This document shows positions 9,991-20,637 of a stretch of DNA of 64,000 nt, one piece after another. Source of the stretch: Andalucia godoyi And28 (lineage: Eukaryota; Protista; Jakobida); contig VRVR01000004.1 of the NCBI GenBank assembly GCA_009859145.1, positions 400,934 to 464,933 of the forward strand, read 5' to 3'. Made by a program: the position numbers and the translations under genes. Below the pieces are notes generated by a model, which saw only the letters and a list, made by a program, of their open reading frames with translations, did no database searches and was not told the origin of the DNA. The stretch's first letter is position 1, and each line of letters opens with the position of its first letter.

Positions 9991-12900
9991 ATGGATGCTG
10001 TTTCGGTGCTTGTTCCTCTAGGGTTGTGGGGCATTGTACTCACCGGATTAGCATATACTCGGAACTTTCCTTCTCGAGGAGAGCTTTTAGAACGTCGGTT
10101 TTTTGATGCATTTCAAAAGAATCTCACAAAACAGGGTCCAATTGAAGTTTTCCTGCTCTTTGCAGCGGCAGTCGAAGCCTTCTACGTGATCTCAATTTTT
10201 CTATCCAATGCTTCGTGGAAAGCGGAGTTTGCGTATAGTGGGTACCCGTACCGTGTCATCGGGGCATATGTGGTGGTTTTGCTGTCGTGCTGCGCTTCGC
10301 ACTTTTCTACCATTGTGGATTCCATTGCTTTCGATGTTTTCTACTTGCCTGTTCTGTTCGAGCTGATTCCTTCGTTTGTCCTCAGCTACGATGACAGCGT
10401 TGCATGGACAGTCGTTTCTGGATTGCTGATCGGTGCGTACACATTTGTCGCACAGTTGCGAAGACCGATTAGCATCAGCAGAATGCAGAGAACGGAATTT
10501 GTGGGGATGACTGCAAAGTATCTATATGCCGTTGCGTATGGCGCGTCGCTGACTTCGGGACTATCGCTGTTCGGACCCGGGACGCAATTGATTGCGGTGT
10601 GCTTCCTTGTGATCTCTACGCTTGTGTGCTTGAATTACGTTCTTGTGAACTCTATTTTGGACCCACAACCAAGCATCTGTAATTCGGTGCGCCAGGCGGG
10701 CTTGCTGGCAATCTCCGTGGCCCTGCTCATTGGAACAATAATCAGATTCAATGTTTTCACGCTGGGCTCTGATGAGACTACACTGGTGCTGTTCGGTGCT
10801 GCGCTTTTCACATTCCTGTGCACCGGATACGTTCTGTGCAGAAGAAGGTTTGTCGACCCAACGACACCGATTCGATCGATGCTAGCAGTACCTCCTAGTC
10901 CGTATCCCAAAGTGGACATCAAGATTCTTTTCAGGATATTGTCGCAACAACGCGTTCTGGACCTCATGCTTGCGGATCCTGACTGGTTTGATGTGTTCAG
11001 AGCACTGGATTCCGATGTTGCGTTGAACCACCTCATGGAGTACATGACATTCCAGGATTCACGACTTCCGAGAGCGACAAAGATCATGATGATGCATCTC
11101 CTTTGTATTGCGGCAACTCGTTCAACGGCATGCGCTAACAGAATGCGCAATCTGGACATTCCCGACAGGCTTTTCATCTTGGCCGGTGATCAGTTGGACG
11201 AAACACTTGCCGAGTGCTTTCTCACTGTTCAGTTCTCGCAAGACAGCCTTTCCGATTTTGATGCTTTCGGGGAGTTTCTTCTGTCCACGGAGACCGCTCT
11301 TCGACAATCCTGTATCATTGCATTTTATCGGATATTGTTGAACATGCTAAGTCCTCCGGCAAAACTGTCGCAGACGTTCCTTTTGCGCCGCTTCACGTTG
11401 AGCAATGTCGGGGACACGTTTGCTATCCCTATTGGAAAGCTCTTGCGGCCAGTGCTTATACCACGCTTCTTGAAACAGGTTTCCGACGAGACAATTCCTT
11501 TGAATTGTCGAAAATATGTCGTTGAAGTGCTGATACTTCTTGCGAAGGATTCACGCTCGGAGCCGCTGACCCGACAGCTCACGCTTTCCAACATTTCTTC
11601 GTTCAGCCGCCTGGTTTTCCTCAATTCTGGTATTTCCCCTTCTGTCTTCGAGTTTTTGGCTGTTGTTTTCGCTCGCTTCGTCCCGGAAACGACAAGTGCG
11701 ATCGAGGAACTTCTTCCGTTGGTGCCGATTGAGACAATTCGACATCCTAATCTTCTTCTGAGCTTGAGTCAGAATGATGTGCTCTCGCGCAAGATTGCGG
11801 ATAACATTCTTGGATTGGTGTTTGAGGGCCTCCAAGACTTGGAGGCTGTCACGGAAGCGGTTGTGCGCCACTTTCCCGCAGCGCACGTCTCTCGACTGTA
11901 CTTGCTGTTTACCTCAGATGACCCCAGGGTCCAAATATCGGCCGCTCGTGTGCTCGGTACTCTGTATCGCTGTGTGTACCTTTCCGGCTTTGATGTGGGG
12001 GCACTCACTTCGCAGGTGTTTCCCAGGCCGGAAAACATCTTGCAGAACAACGAGTCCTCCATGTCTGGCAAGGATTTTCGCATTGCGGCTCTCAACTATG
12101 CGTTTTCCGTAACCGGTGTCATCCCGGACCATACAATGGCGTTTGAGTTTGCGAATGCGCTGCACTTGCCGGATTTTGTAAGAAACAATATGGCTGCAAT
12201 GATCATTGACAATGCGACGTTCGCCCGAACAAAAGGGGATGTCCAGCCCTTTACAAATCTCATCATACAATCCATGTTGTCCAATGCCAACCTTCGGACC
12301 AATGGTCTCAAAATCCTCTTGGCGCTCGTTGGAACGACGATTGATGAGGATTTGGTGGTACACATCGAAGAAACAAGCGCCTTTCGATCTGCATTTGTGG
12401 GTTCGCAGAAGGCAGTTGCTTCTGCGGAGGGCATTTTCGGCGATCGCAAGCGTGGCTTGCAGAGAGAACAAATCTCACTGCTATCAAAAGATCTGCAGTT
12501 ACTCTTGGACAGCGGGGCATTTGTTCTGGACTATTCCGTGGATCCGTCTGTCAGTGAAGAGGATGTCCTCATGTATATGCATTTCTTGTCCGCACTGTTG
12601 GTTGCGCCGGTTGCTTGTATGATGTTCGGTCGCTGCAATGTGCTGTTGTTTCACAATTACATGTCTGTCCTCGGCCTCAACGTTGCCAGTCAGGAAATTC
12701 AACTGCGGCTTTTGTATGCAGCCTACTCGTTGTCGCTGCACTGCGATGAGTTCGTTTCCATGGCCTTTGATACATGCATTGTCGATTACCTCATGTACGG
12801 CCTAAAACTGAATCAGAGATGCGCTGCTGTTGCACTGGACACCATACTGGTTCTGTCGCAAAAGGACGCCCGGTACCGAATTGCCTTTCTGTCGTCCGAC

Positions 12901-14742
12901 ATGTCCATTTTTTTCAACACTTTCAGTTCCGACGAAGGAGACGTTTTTCGTCATGCTGGTCGTTTGTTCGAGTCCTGGATTCTTAGTTCGGAACTCCAGA
13001 CCTTTACCGCGTTTATCAACAGCACCTCTTTACGTGCTCGAAGTGCGTTTTTGGTGATCGATGAATCGCATTCAAAATCCCTCCAGCCCAAGACTCACCG
13101 ATTCTCCTATTGTTTTGCGCACCTGAGCGATGCCTCCAAGCAAAGATTTTGCACAGTCCTCCTGGACAATCTGTTAGCCCACACGAACGACACCGTTCCG
13201 GTAGACGCAATGTTTTCTGCGTATGTGTTCCACGCGATTGCTGCCACGCTCCCTCTGTCAAAAGACTTGTGTGCGCGGTTGGTCCGGTGCATGGGATTCC
13301 TCAAAGGAGAGGCCAGATACATTATGGCGTTGTCGTTGTACGCAACTCAAGCGCACGTCGAGGTGAAGGATCGTCTGTACGACTTCCAGTTCATTCGATT
13401 TGTGGTGAATGAGTGGCAGGTGAATGTTGCGTCTCAGAAGCTGAAGCGAGCTGAGGAAGACATTGAGGCTTTGAACAATGTATCCTCGCTGGACGGGACC
13501 GCTCCTGGTGCTCGCGTTGCTCCACTGATTTTGACTCTTCGCACTGTCAATCGCTATGATTTTTCAGAGTTGTTTTTATCCGCAATGGCACAATACGGAC
13601 TGTGGCGCGAGATGGTGGAAGTGGCAAAGATCATTCCAGCATTTCTTGGCAAGTCTTTGGCCAAAGTGAAAGTGCTTTCGTATTTTGTCGCAAAGCGAAA
13701 GGATCGAACCCCATTGTTTGAGACTGCCGTGCCTTCGTTCCTGATTGTGCTGGATCCTGTATGGGGATCAGACGTGCAATTGTGGGAGTATGCCTATTCC
13801 GTTTTGCAGATTCACGACATTCGTACTCCAGCTGTTGCCGACACAATCAGCTCCGTCTTTGATGCGTCTGCAGTTGAGAATTGCTTTCGAGCGGACAAGT
13901 CGATGCAGATCGAAAATTTGACCCATCGTTTGATCGCCCACTTCTTCGGATCTGCTAAGGCACGTGATGAAAAATTCGCGAACTTCCTCTGTTCCCGTGG
14001 TGTCGCCGATAAGATTATCCAGTTATCTTTGGATATTTCATCACGATGGAAATCACAGGAGCTCGTTACAAATCGGTGGTTTTCATTGTATTGCCTCTCG
14101 AGAAACAAGACTGTGTGCGGACACCTCATTGAGCAAACCGCTTTGCTCAACCTGATTGCTCGCTGTTTTGATGAAGCTGGCGACGCAGAAACGGATGATG
14201 AATTGTTGGCCTTGGGTATCATTACAAGTTTGATTGAAACAGACATCGGTCATCAGTCGCTGTGCAAACACAGAGTGTGGGATCTTATGAAGCAGTTGAA
14301 GGAGAAACGGCTAAATGGCAACTCTCGAGCTCGTGTGGACTCCTTCCTGTCCAACCATAAAGCGCGCAGCTTCATCGTCAAGCGGTCGGATGACTCCGGA
14401 AGGGCTGGAGGCAGCGATAGTCCCGTGGATCCGAACCTCTCGATTTCCCTCAGCAGTGATTTTGGCACGCCGATTGCCGAAGGACCGATCACCCCATTTA
14501 CTTCCATTGCAGCAACTCCCTCGACACCTGTGAATCCGTTGCTGCCGCCACTTGCAGTCGATTCAAACTCTCCTGGCCAAAAAGCCTATTCGTCTCTGAC
14601 TGTTCCTCTTTTGGTGAACAAATTTGCTGCAAGCTTGAAAAAGAAGAGCATTGCTCCAATCTCACAACTAGCAGCGTTGCAACAAGCAAACCAATTGCCG
14701 TCCACACAGCCACCAAATACTCCTCCCCCTGCTGCCCCTTAG
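9991..14742 (+). CDS. Large uncharacterised protein: multi-pass N-terminal membrane domain plus long alpha-helical (ARM/HEAT-like) region
   Basis: Uninterrupted ORF, likely ATG at 9991 (MDAVSV). About 9-10 hydrophobic segments in the first ~290 aa, then ~1200 aa of Leu-rich helical sequence and a Pro/Ser tail. Confidence 0.75.
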   Translation: MDAVSVLVPLGLWGIVLTGLAYTRNFPSRGELLERRFFDAFQKNLTKQGPIEVFLLFAAAVEAFYVISIFLSNASWKAEFAYSGYPYRVIGAYVVVLLSCCASHFSTIVDSIAFDVFYLPVLFELIPSFVLSYDDSVAWTVVSGLLIGAYTFVAQLRRPISISRMQRTEFVGMTAKYLYAVAYGASLTSGLSLFGPGTQLIAVCFLVISTLVCLNYVLVNSILDPQPSICNSVRQAGLLAISVALLIGTIIRFNVFTLGSDETTLVLFGAALFTFLCTGYVLCRRRFVDPTTPIRSMLAVPPSPYPKVDIKILFRILSQQRVLDLMLADPDWFDVFRALDSDVALNHLMEYMTFQDSRLPRATKIMMMHLLCIAATRSTACANRMRNLDIPDRLFILAGDQLDETLAECFLTVQFSQDSLSDFDAFGEFLLSTETALRQSCIIAFYRILLNMLSPPAKLSQTFLLRRFTLSNVGDTFAIPIGKLLRPVLIPRFLKQVSDETIPLNCRKYVVEVLILLAKDSRSEPLTRQLTLSNISSFSRLVFLNSGISPSVFEFLAVVFARFVPETTSAIEELLPLVPIETIRHPNLLLSLSQNDVLSRKIADNILGLVFEGLQDLEAVTEAVVRHFPAAHVSRLYLLFTSDDPRVQISAARVLGTLYRCVYLSGFDVGALTSQVFPRPENILQNNESSMSGKDFRIAALNYAFSVTGVIPDHTMAFEFANALHLPDFVRNNMAAMIIDNATFARTKGDVQPFTNLIIQSMLSNANLRTNGLKILLALVGTTIDEDLVVHIEETSAFRSAFVGSQKAVASAEGIFGDRKRGLQREQISLLSKDLQLLLDSGAFVLDYSVDPSVSEEDVLMYMHFLSALLVAPVACMMFGRCNVLLFHNYMSVLGLNVASQEIQLRLLYAAYSLSLHCDEFVSMAFDTCIVDYLMYGLKLNQRCAAVALDTILVLSQKDARYRIAFLSSDMSIFFNTFSSDEGDVFRHAGRLFESWILSSELQTFTAFINSTSLRARSAFLVIDESHSKSLQPKTHRFSYCFAHLSDASKQRFCTVLLDNLLAHTNDTVPVDAMFSAYVFHAIAATLPLSKDLCARLVRCMGFLKGEARYIMALSLYATQAHVEVKDRLYDFQFIRFVVNEWQVNVASQKLKRAEEDIEALNNVSSLDGTAPGARVAPLILTLRTVNRYDFSELFLSAMAQYGLWREMVEVAKIIPAFLGKSLAKVKVLSYFVAKRKDRTPLFETAVPSFLIVLDPVWGSDVQLWEYAYSVLQIHDIRTPAVADTISSVFDASAVENCFRADKSMQIENLTHRLIAHFFGSAKARDEKFANFLCSRGVADKIIQLSLDISSRWKSQELVTNRWFSLYCLSRNKTVCGHLIEQTALLNLIARCFDEAGDAETDDELLALGIITSLIETDIGHQSLCKHRVWDLMKQLKEKRLNGNSRARVDSFLSNHKARSFIVKRSDDSGRAGGSDSPVDPNLSISLSSDFGTPIAEGPITPFTSIAATPSTPVNPLLPPLAVDSNSPGQKAYSSLTVPLLVNKFAASLKKKSIAPISQLAALQQANQLPSTQPPNTPPPAAP

Positions 14743-14923
14743 TATACATGCCCTTTTCTGCATCGGTGTTTGCGTTGAATTGCTTGTGTTATACTCCTCC
14801 TCCTCTTCTTCTTCTTTCCCTCGTCCTGTTCCTGGTTTTTTATTTGTACAGTATTTCGTTTTATATCATTTGCAAACGTCAGTTCTGGACCAGCTGGAAT
14901 TGTATCTCTCGCTCTTTCCCGCA

Positions 14924-17020
14924 TTACGATTCCACACGCAGCACACGATAGTCTGTCATACGCGCATCACTTGTGGCCTCCTCTCCGAGAGGCCCTAGAA
15001 TACTTTCCGCCGCGGAATCAGCAACGTGCCGCTTCCACTTCTTGCGTACCTTCCTTTCATTCGTCAAAACCCCGTCTTGTGCACCGGAACTCAGTATTGA
15101 TTGTTGTTGCTGGTGCAATAGTGCATCTCTGCGTCGCGACCGATGAATGACAAAGTCTCCCGATTCAACACGGTGTTTTGTTTGCAAATCCAGACCCGCT
15201 TCAATCAATCTCCGCGCCTCATCACGAATCGAAGCTGCGTGTTCACGCTCGCAAAACGTCGCTGGGAAACGGTAAGATAGCCAAAGATACAGATCCACTA
15301 CATTGTACAGGGACTCCAATTTCTGTAACGATGCTTCGGTTGTGGGCGGTCGAGAAGGGAGTGGAACATGCAGAATCACCTTTTCACCCCGTGCATGTGA
15401 TGCCGCAAATCGCAAGAGGAACGACATGACAGTAAAGTTGTCGGTATCCGCAGGGGAGCAGCAGAAGGTGTACCGATCCTCGAGCAGCAACCCAGGAATT
15501 CGTTCAATGGCATCCGCGATGATCTTCTCATCCTCAAAATCGCAAACGAAATAAAAATCCTGATTGAGCTGGGTCAGCGAAACAAACCGTTCCAATACGT
15601 TTCCGAAAGTACACTGAGGTAAGTACTCGCTAAACTGTGCGATTTGCTCGAACGTGGGCTTCAAACCCGCCAGTTCAATGTTTGCAGGGTTCTTCTCCGA
15701 GAATGCATCGTGCAGCTGATGCATGTCTTCGGGGTGCAGACACGTAACATACCCGTCCGGGTACTTTGAACCAAAGCGACCTGCTCGCCCTCCAATCTGG
15801 CGAATCAGAGATCGCTCAAGAGGAACGAAATCATGACCGTTGAACTTCATCATTGTGGAAAACACAACTCGCGAGATCTGCATATTCAGTCCCATTGCAA
15901 CCGCATCCGATGCCACCAAAACGGGGCACTCGAGCGAATTGAACTTTTGTGCCTGCAATGCTCGAACAGGGGGAGGCAGGTTTCCGTACACCACCGCACA
16001 CTGCAATCCCGTCTGTTTTTCAATGGCGTACTTCAATTTGAAGATGTTTCGTCTCGAAAAGGCGATGACCGCATCCCCCGCTTGGATCGACTTCAAGGAA
16101 GACGAGAGCGACGACCGTTCCGGATTGCACGGCGTCAATCGTTCGTACTCAAAAAGCTCGACCGCTTCTCCGCAGTTTTCCAGGATTGATTTCACGAGAT
16201 GCAGAGCACGCTTCTCGCCGCACAAATGGATTTCGGAGGCACACAGGCCTAGTAGCGCTCGAGTCCATGCCCAGCCTCGCGATTCATCACCAACCATCTG
16301 AATCTCGTCAATCACAGCAACATCGAACTTTGAAGTTGTCGACGCCATCTCAACCGTGCAGGACAACACTCGAGAGTCGGCCTTTTCTTTTCGTTCCTCG
16401 CCAGTTAGCAAGTCACAAGGAACGCCAGCATTGTTAAACTTGTCGAAAATTTCCAGCGCCAGCAACCGCAGAGGCGCACAGTATATGCCTTTGCGCACAG
16501 AAGGATCCTTGAGCCGGCTCAGTGCCGAGTGCGTCTTTCCAGAATTCGTCGGGCCAGCATGGAAAACAAAGCGCCGTTTCATTGCCCGAGCAAACGGATA
16601 AGACTCTTCCGGCGTTCGGAGGTCTGAAAACTCGGAGAGCTGTCTCATTTCTGTCATCTGCTGCGAAAACCTCTGCTTTGCAAACTTGACAAAGGACTCT
16701 TCTATATCGGGAATCGACGAAAACAGCCCCGATTGAGACGACTGGCGATTGGAATTAGACGCATCAGAGAGCAAATCGAATCCTGCAGATGGATTATCCT
16801 TGCGAAGTTGTTTTTCAAAAAGCCTTCTGCAGCGATTAAACAGCCGTTCATCAAGGCCATGCTTCGCCACAAACTCTGCATTCCATTCGATCGGAAACCC
16901 AGAAAATGAAGAGAACAAACGACGACGAGAGGCCACGACTGAAAAAGCATTCTTCAAATTTCGATCGTAGCTTAATCGAGAATATACATTAGAAAACAGC
17001 GGAAAGACCTTCGAAAACAT
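14924..17020 (-). CDS. SUV3: Mitochondrial ATP-dependent RNA helicase SUV3
   Basis: Transit-peptide-like N-terminus; FHAGPTNSGKT, YCAPLRLLA, VAVIDEIQM, RGWAWTRALLG, VASDAVAMGLN, QIGGRAGRFG. Confidence 0.97.
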   Translation of the reverse strand: MFSKVFPLFSNVYSRLSYDRNLKNAFSVVASRRRLFSSFSGFPIEWNAEFVAKHGLDERLFNRCRRLFEKQLRKDNPSAGFDLLSDASNSNRQSSQSGLFSSIPDIEESFVKFAKQRFSQQMTEMRQLSEFSDLRTPEESYPFARAMKRRFVFHAGPTNSGKTHSALSRLKDPSVRKGIYCAPLRLLALEIFDKFNNAGVPCDLLTGEERKEKADSRVLSCTVEMASTTSKFDVAVIDEIQMVGDESRGWAWTRALLGLCASEIHLCGEKRALHLVKSILENCGEAVELFEYERLTPCNPERSSLSSSLKSIQAGDAVIAFSRRNIFKLKYAIEKQTGLQCAVVYGNLPPPVRALQAQKFNSLECPVLVASDAVAMGLNMQISRVVFSTMMKFNGHDFVPLERSLIRQIGGRAGRFGSKYPDGYVTCLHPEDMHQLHDAFSEKNPANIELAGLKPTFEQIAQFSEYLPQCTFGNVLERFVSLTQLNQDFYFVCDFEDEKIIADAIERIPGLLLEDRYTFCCSPADTDNFTVMSFLLRFAASHARGEKVILHVPLPSRPPTTEASLQKLESLYNVVDLYLWLSYRFPATFCEREHAASIRDEARRLIEAGLDLQTKHRVESGDFVIHRSRRRDALLHQQQQSILSSGAQDGVLTNERKVRKKWKRHVADSAAESILGPLGEEATSDARMTDYRVLRVES

Positions 17021-17272
17021 GCTATCTATCAGTTTCTAAAAGCTGTTGCAGAGCCTATCCAATAACTTTTAATTAAAAGGCTAATGGTGATGCTGATTGT
17101 GACGATCTCTTCGTCCAATTTACATTTATCTTTTCCCCAAACAAAAAAGATGTCAAAAACAAAATCCTCGACGACAATAATCAAAAAAGATTTTGATATA
17201 AGCAGATGCTGCAAATCTACAACGGCTCAACTGAATAGTTTTCCCTTCCGAGAATGCCACCGAGCAGGGTGC

Positions 17273-17406
<134 letters not shown>

Positions 17407-17551
17407 GGAGAATTTATATGAGGGAGGGAGAACCAACATGTCGAAAAAACAAAAACAAAAATACATATAAAAAGAAGAAGAAGAAGAAGAAGAAGAAGGT
17501 TGAAACCGTCGTGGCAGTGCATGAAACGGCAGACGACTCACGACTCACGAC

Positions 17552-18610
17552 TCACGACCGATAGTATGAACCATTCTTGGTCGCCAAGAAGCTCTCAAGT
17601 GGAACATCTTCTTGCCGCAAGAACCCCTTGGACACGGGAAGTTTGCCATCTCGGATCAGTTCCATGACTCCACAAACACCTGCGGCTGTTGTCCATGAAA
17701 TTGCCCTCCACGGATTCCCTGCAATGACCATCGGCTCGTAGCATCGAACAAACTCTTCCCTTGCCAAACCGCCGTTTCGGAATCCCTCGACAGCCGCGTG
17801 AACAAAGACATAGTCTTGGTCGACTGGCGGGAGGACATTGTGCAAAATGCGACTCAGCGTTGGGCGATCATACCGCATCTGCAGTTCATCCAGCAAGAAC
17901 TTCATCCGGTCATAGTGTCCGGGATACCGAAGTGTCTTGTAGTGCAGGTTCTGTACTTTTCCACTGTACGTCTCGCACATTGTCCCAAGACCACCAGATG
18001 TGGAGGCTGCTTCAAGCTGGACACCGTCCACCACAACCGTCTCCAGTCCCTCCAACGCAGGCACGGTTTGTCGTCTGGAGTCTCGGATGACTTCGCAGTC
18101 ATTAATGTACTCGTTGATGACACCTTCTGCAGACCAATTGAATGCATATCCAAGAGTTCCCCGAGGGTGTTTCGGAAGCGCACCAACCTTGAGCTCGATG
18201 GAGCGCAGTTTGTCGAATTTTCGGGAAAGCGAGGCTCCTACAATGCCTATAAATCCAGGAGCCAAGCCGCATTGCGGAGCCATGACTCCCTTTGCAGTCG
18301 CAGAAAGCTCCTGGATTGCCTGCGTCGTCGGAACATCTTCCGTAAGATCAAAGTACGAAATCCCTGCTCGGTGTGCTTCTTTTGCAATTGGCAGGTTCAT
18401 GTAGAACGGTAAGCACGACACCACGGCATCCACATTCGAAAATGGAATCTTGGATACATCAGCGAGATCTGCGATGATCACCGGGAATGGAAAGCGAGAA
18501 GAAAGGCCGGCAGTCGAATCGATGCCAGTGACAGCAAACTGGCTCTCATGCAACAAGGTCCCGACAAGCGACCCAACTTTCCCAAGCCCAAGAACAGCAA
18601 CTCGTTTCAT
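17552..18610 (-). CDS. Bacterial-type saccharopine dehydrogenase / L-lysine 6-dehydrogenase family oxidoreductase
   Basis: N-terminal Rossmann VAVLGLGKVG; DAVVSCLPF, YFDLTEDV, PQCGLAPG, NWSAEGVINEY, TSGGLGT, YKTLRYPGH; 352 aa, no introns, no targeting extension. Confidence 0.88.
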   Translation of the reverse strand: MKRVAVLGLGKVGSLVGTLLHESQFAVTGIDSTAGLSSRFPFPVIIADLADVSKIPFSNVDAVVSCLPFYMNLPIAKEAHRAGISYFDLTEDVPTTQAIQELSATAKGVMAPQCGLAPGFIGIVGASLSRKFDKLRSIELKVGALPKHPRGTLGYAFNWSAEGVINEYINDCEVIRDSRRQTVPALEGLETVVVDGVQLEAASTSGGLGTMCETYSGKVQNLHYKTLRYPGHYDRMKFLLDELQMRYDRPTLSRILHNVLPPVDQDYVFVHAAVEGFRNGGLAREEFVRCYEPMVIAGNPWRAISWTTAAGVCGVMELIRDGKLPVSKGFLRQEDVPLESFLATKNGSYYRS

Positions 18611-19041
18611 TCGACTGGATTTACTCTCCGCCCCCCGTTGTTTGCTTTATTGAAATCTCTTCTCCGCGGATGCATGCACAAAACGACTTGCTTTCCGATG
18701 TCCTCGATGAACGGCACCAATACCTTTTGGTTCAACCTTGTGGTTCAAGGCGGACATAAAAAGAAGAAAAAAGGAGAAAGGAAATATTAAAAAAGCCCGA
18801 CAGCCTTATAAGACTGCGCATTCTCCCGATCGAGACGCCGACTCGAGCTGCAGGAGTTCACGACCCCTCAACTTTCCCAAAACAAGGAATTGAATAGTCC
18901 GAAAATCGATTCTCCCCAGCTATCCTCGCCGACCTCCTTCTCTTCTGTTAGTCTTTCTTTGCTCGCGGTTGCTGGCTTGGATTGGAGAATTAATAAAGAG
19001 TATTCGAAAAGGAAAAAAAAAGAGCACAGTACGCGAGGGCC

Positions 19042-19305
19042 ATGACATCGCAACCGCTGGCTGTACAGGCATCTGCGTCATCTACTGCTAGATGGAAGCT
19101 CGACAAGGACTCTTCGTATCACATTGTTTCGGTCATGCTGGATGCAACGGGGCGATGGTGTGACGATGAGTATTGTGAAAAGTTCTTTGATTTCGTGTTT
19201 TCAAACACTCCGTATGCGTTTTGCTTTGTTCATCTGACTTCAGTTCATGTTTTATCAACAACTCCAATTTTTTAATTTTAATTTTTGTTTTCCTTCTTTC
19301 TTCGT

Positions 19306-19375
<70 letters not shown>

Positions 19376-20577
19376 TGGGTGAAATTCTGAAAATTCTGAT
19401 TTTCTCCCTTCCGATCTCCATCGCCGTCACCGTCGCTGTCTTCGTCTCTCTGTCTGGATGTGTTTAGAAAGTCTACTGAGAAATCCAAGGTTATTTTCGG
19501 GCTTGTGGTTTGCAGATCTGGCCCGCCGGTCTCGCCGCAGCCGATAAAGCAGTATCCGTTTACGGATGATTATCAGAAACTCAGATCATGGGTGGCATCC
19601 GAAAAGAAGTTTCCCGGTGGTCTTGATTCGCTTATTGTGGATGGGCTGGCCGCTTCGTTGGATCACCTGCTGTTCCGGATTCCTCCAGGACGTGTCGAGT
19701 CTCGAAGATGTTTCGTATGGATTAATACGTGGTCTCCACAGCGTGTCGCCATTTACGCGACTTCGCGGTTGTTTCGGCAGGATGCTTCCGGAATTGGGAT
19801 TGTGTTCTCTGTCAACAAGATCCCTCTTTCCATCATGATGCCGCTTCACATGTCAGCCGTGGACATTGCCGATCTGTGGATGTATTCGAACGCCTTCTCG
19901 GAGAGTTTGGCCTCTTTTGCTTTTGATGATGCTCAAGAGCAGTCTGCTGCGTTTGTCATTCGGAAGCGGACGGAGAAGAAGCCACCAGCACAAATCTCTC
20001 ACCAAGTCTTGCATGAAATGCGAGTTGCGAACAGTGCGAGTCCGTCCGCCTCGCTGTTCCGGGTGTACGTGCCTTCGGATAAGGCGCCGAGCTGGAAGGA
20101 AAATCTAGCGAAATCGTGGCAGAAGCAAGCGGTTTGTTCGCTTGTTCCTCTCGATCCGCAGATTAATGTGCTTCTGACATCGCAGGCATCGTCGAACCAA
20201 CAGTTTGCCATTGGAGAGTTTCCGGATAGCACTTCATTCCGCCAGTGGATGCAAATCCTTGAAAAGCTGGTGGAAGGGAAGGAAGCGCTATTGATTCCAC
20301 TTTCCAGCGAATTCAACATGTTCCTCCGTCTTACCACGCGGATTTCAAAGAATCCTGTGGGTGGTTCGTATCAACTTTCGCAGTATCCTCTCATGTTCCA
20401 AGCTGCAATTGGCAAGGTCACGCAAAATGCAAAACCGGGAGCAATTGCTCCGACCGCGCCGCTTATTGCACCGCGGCAGCACCCGACGCCCCCGCAGCCG
20501 CTTCCTGTGATGAATTCTACAATGGCGGCGGCAGCGGTTGCTGCTGCCGGGAGAAGCCAGCAGGCTCAGGCCCAACT

Positions 20578-20637
<60 letters not shown>

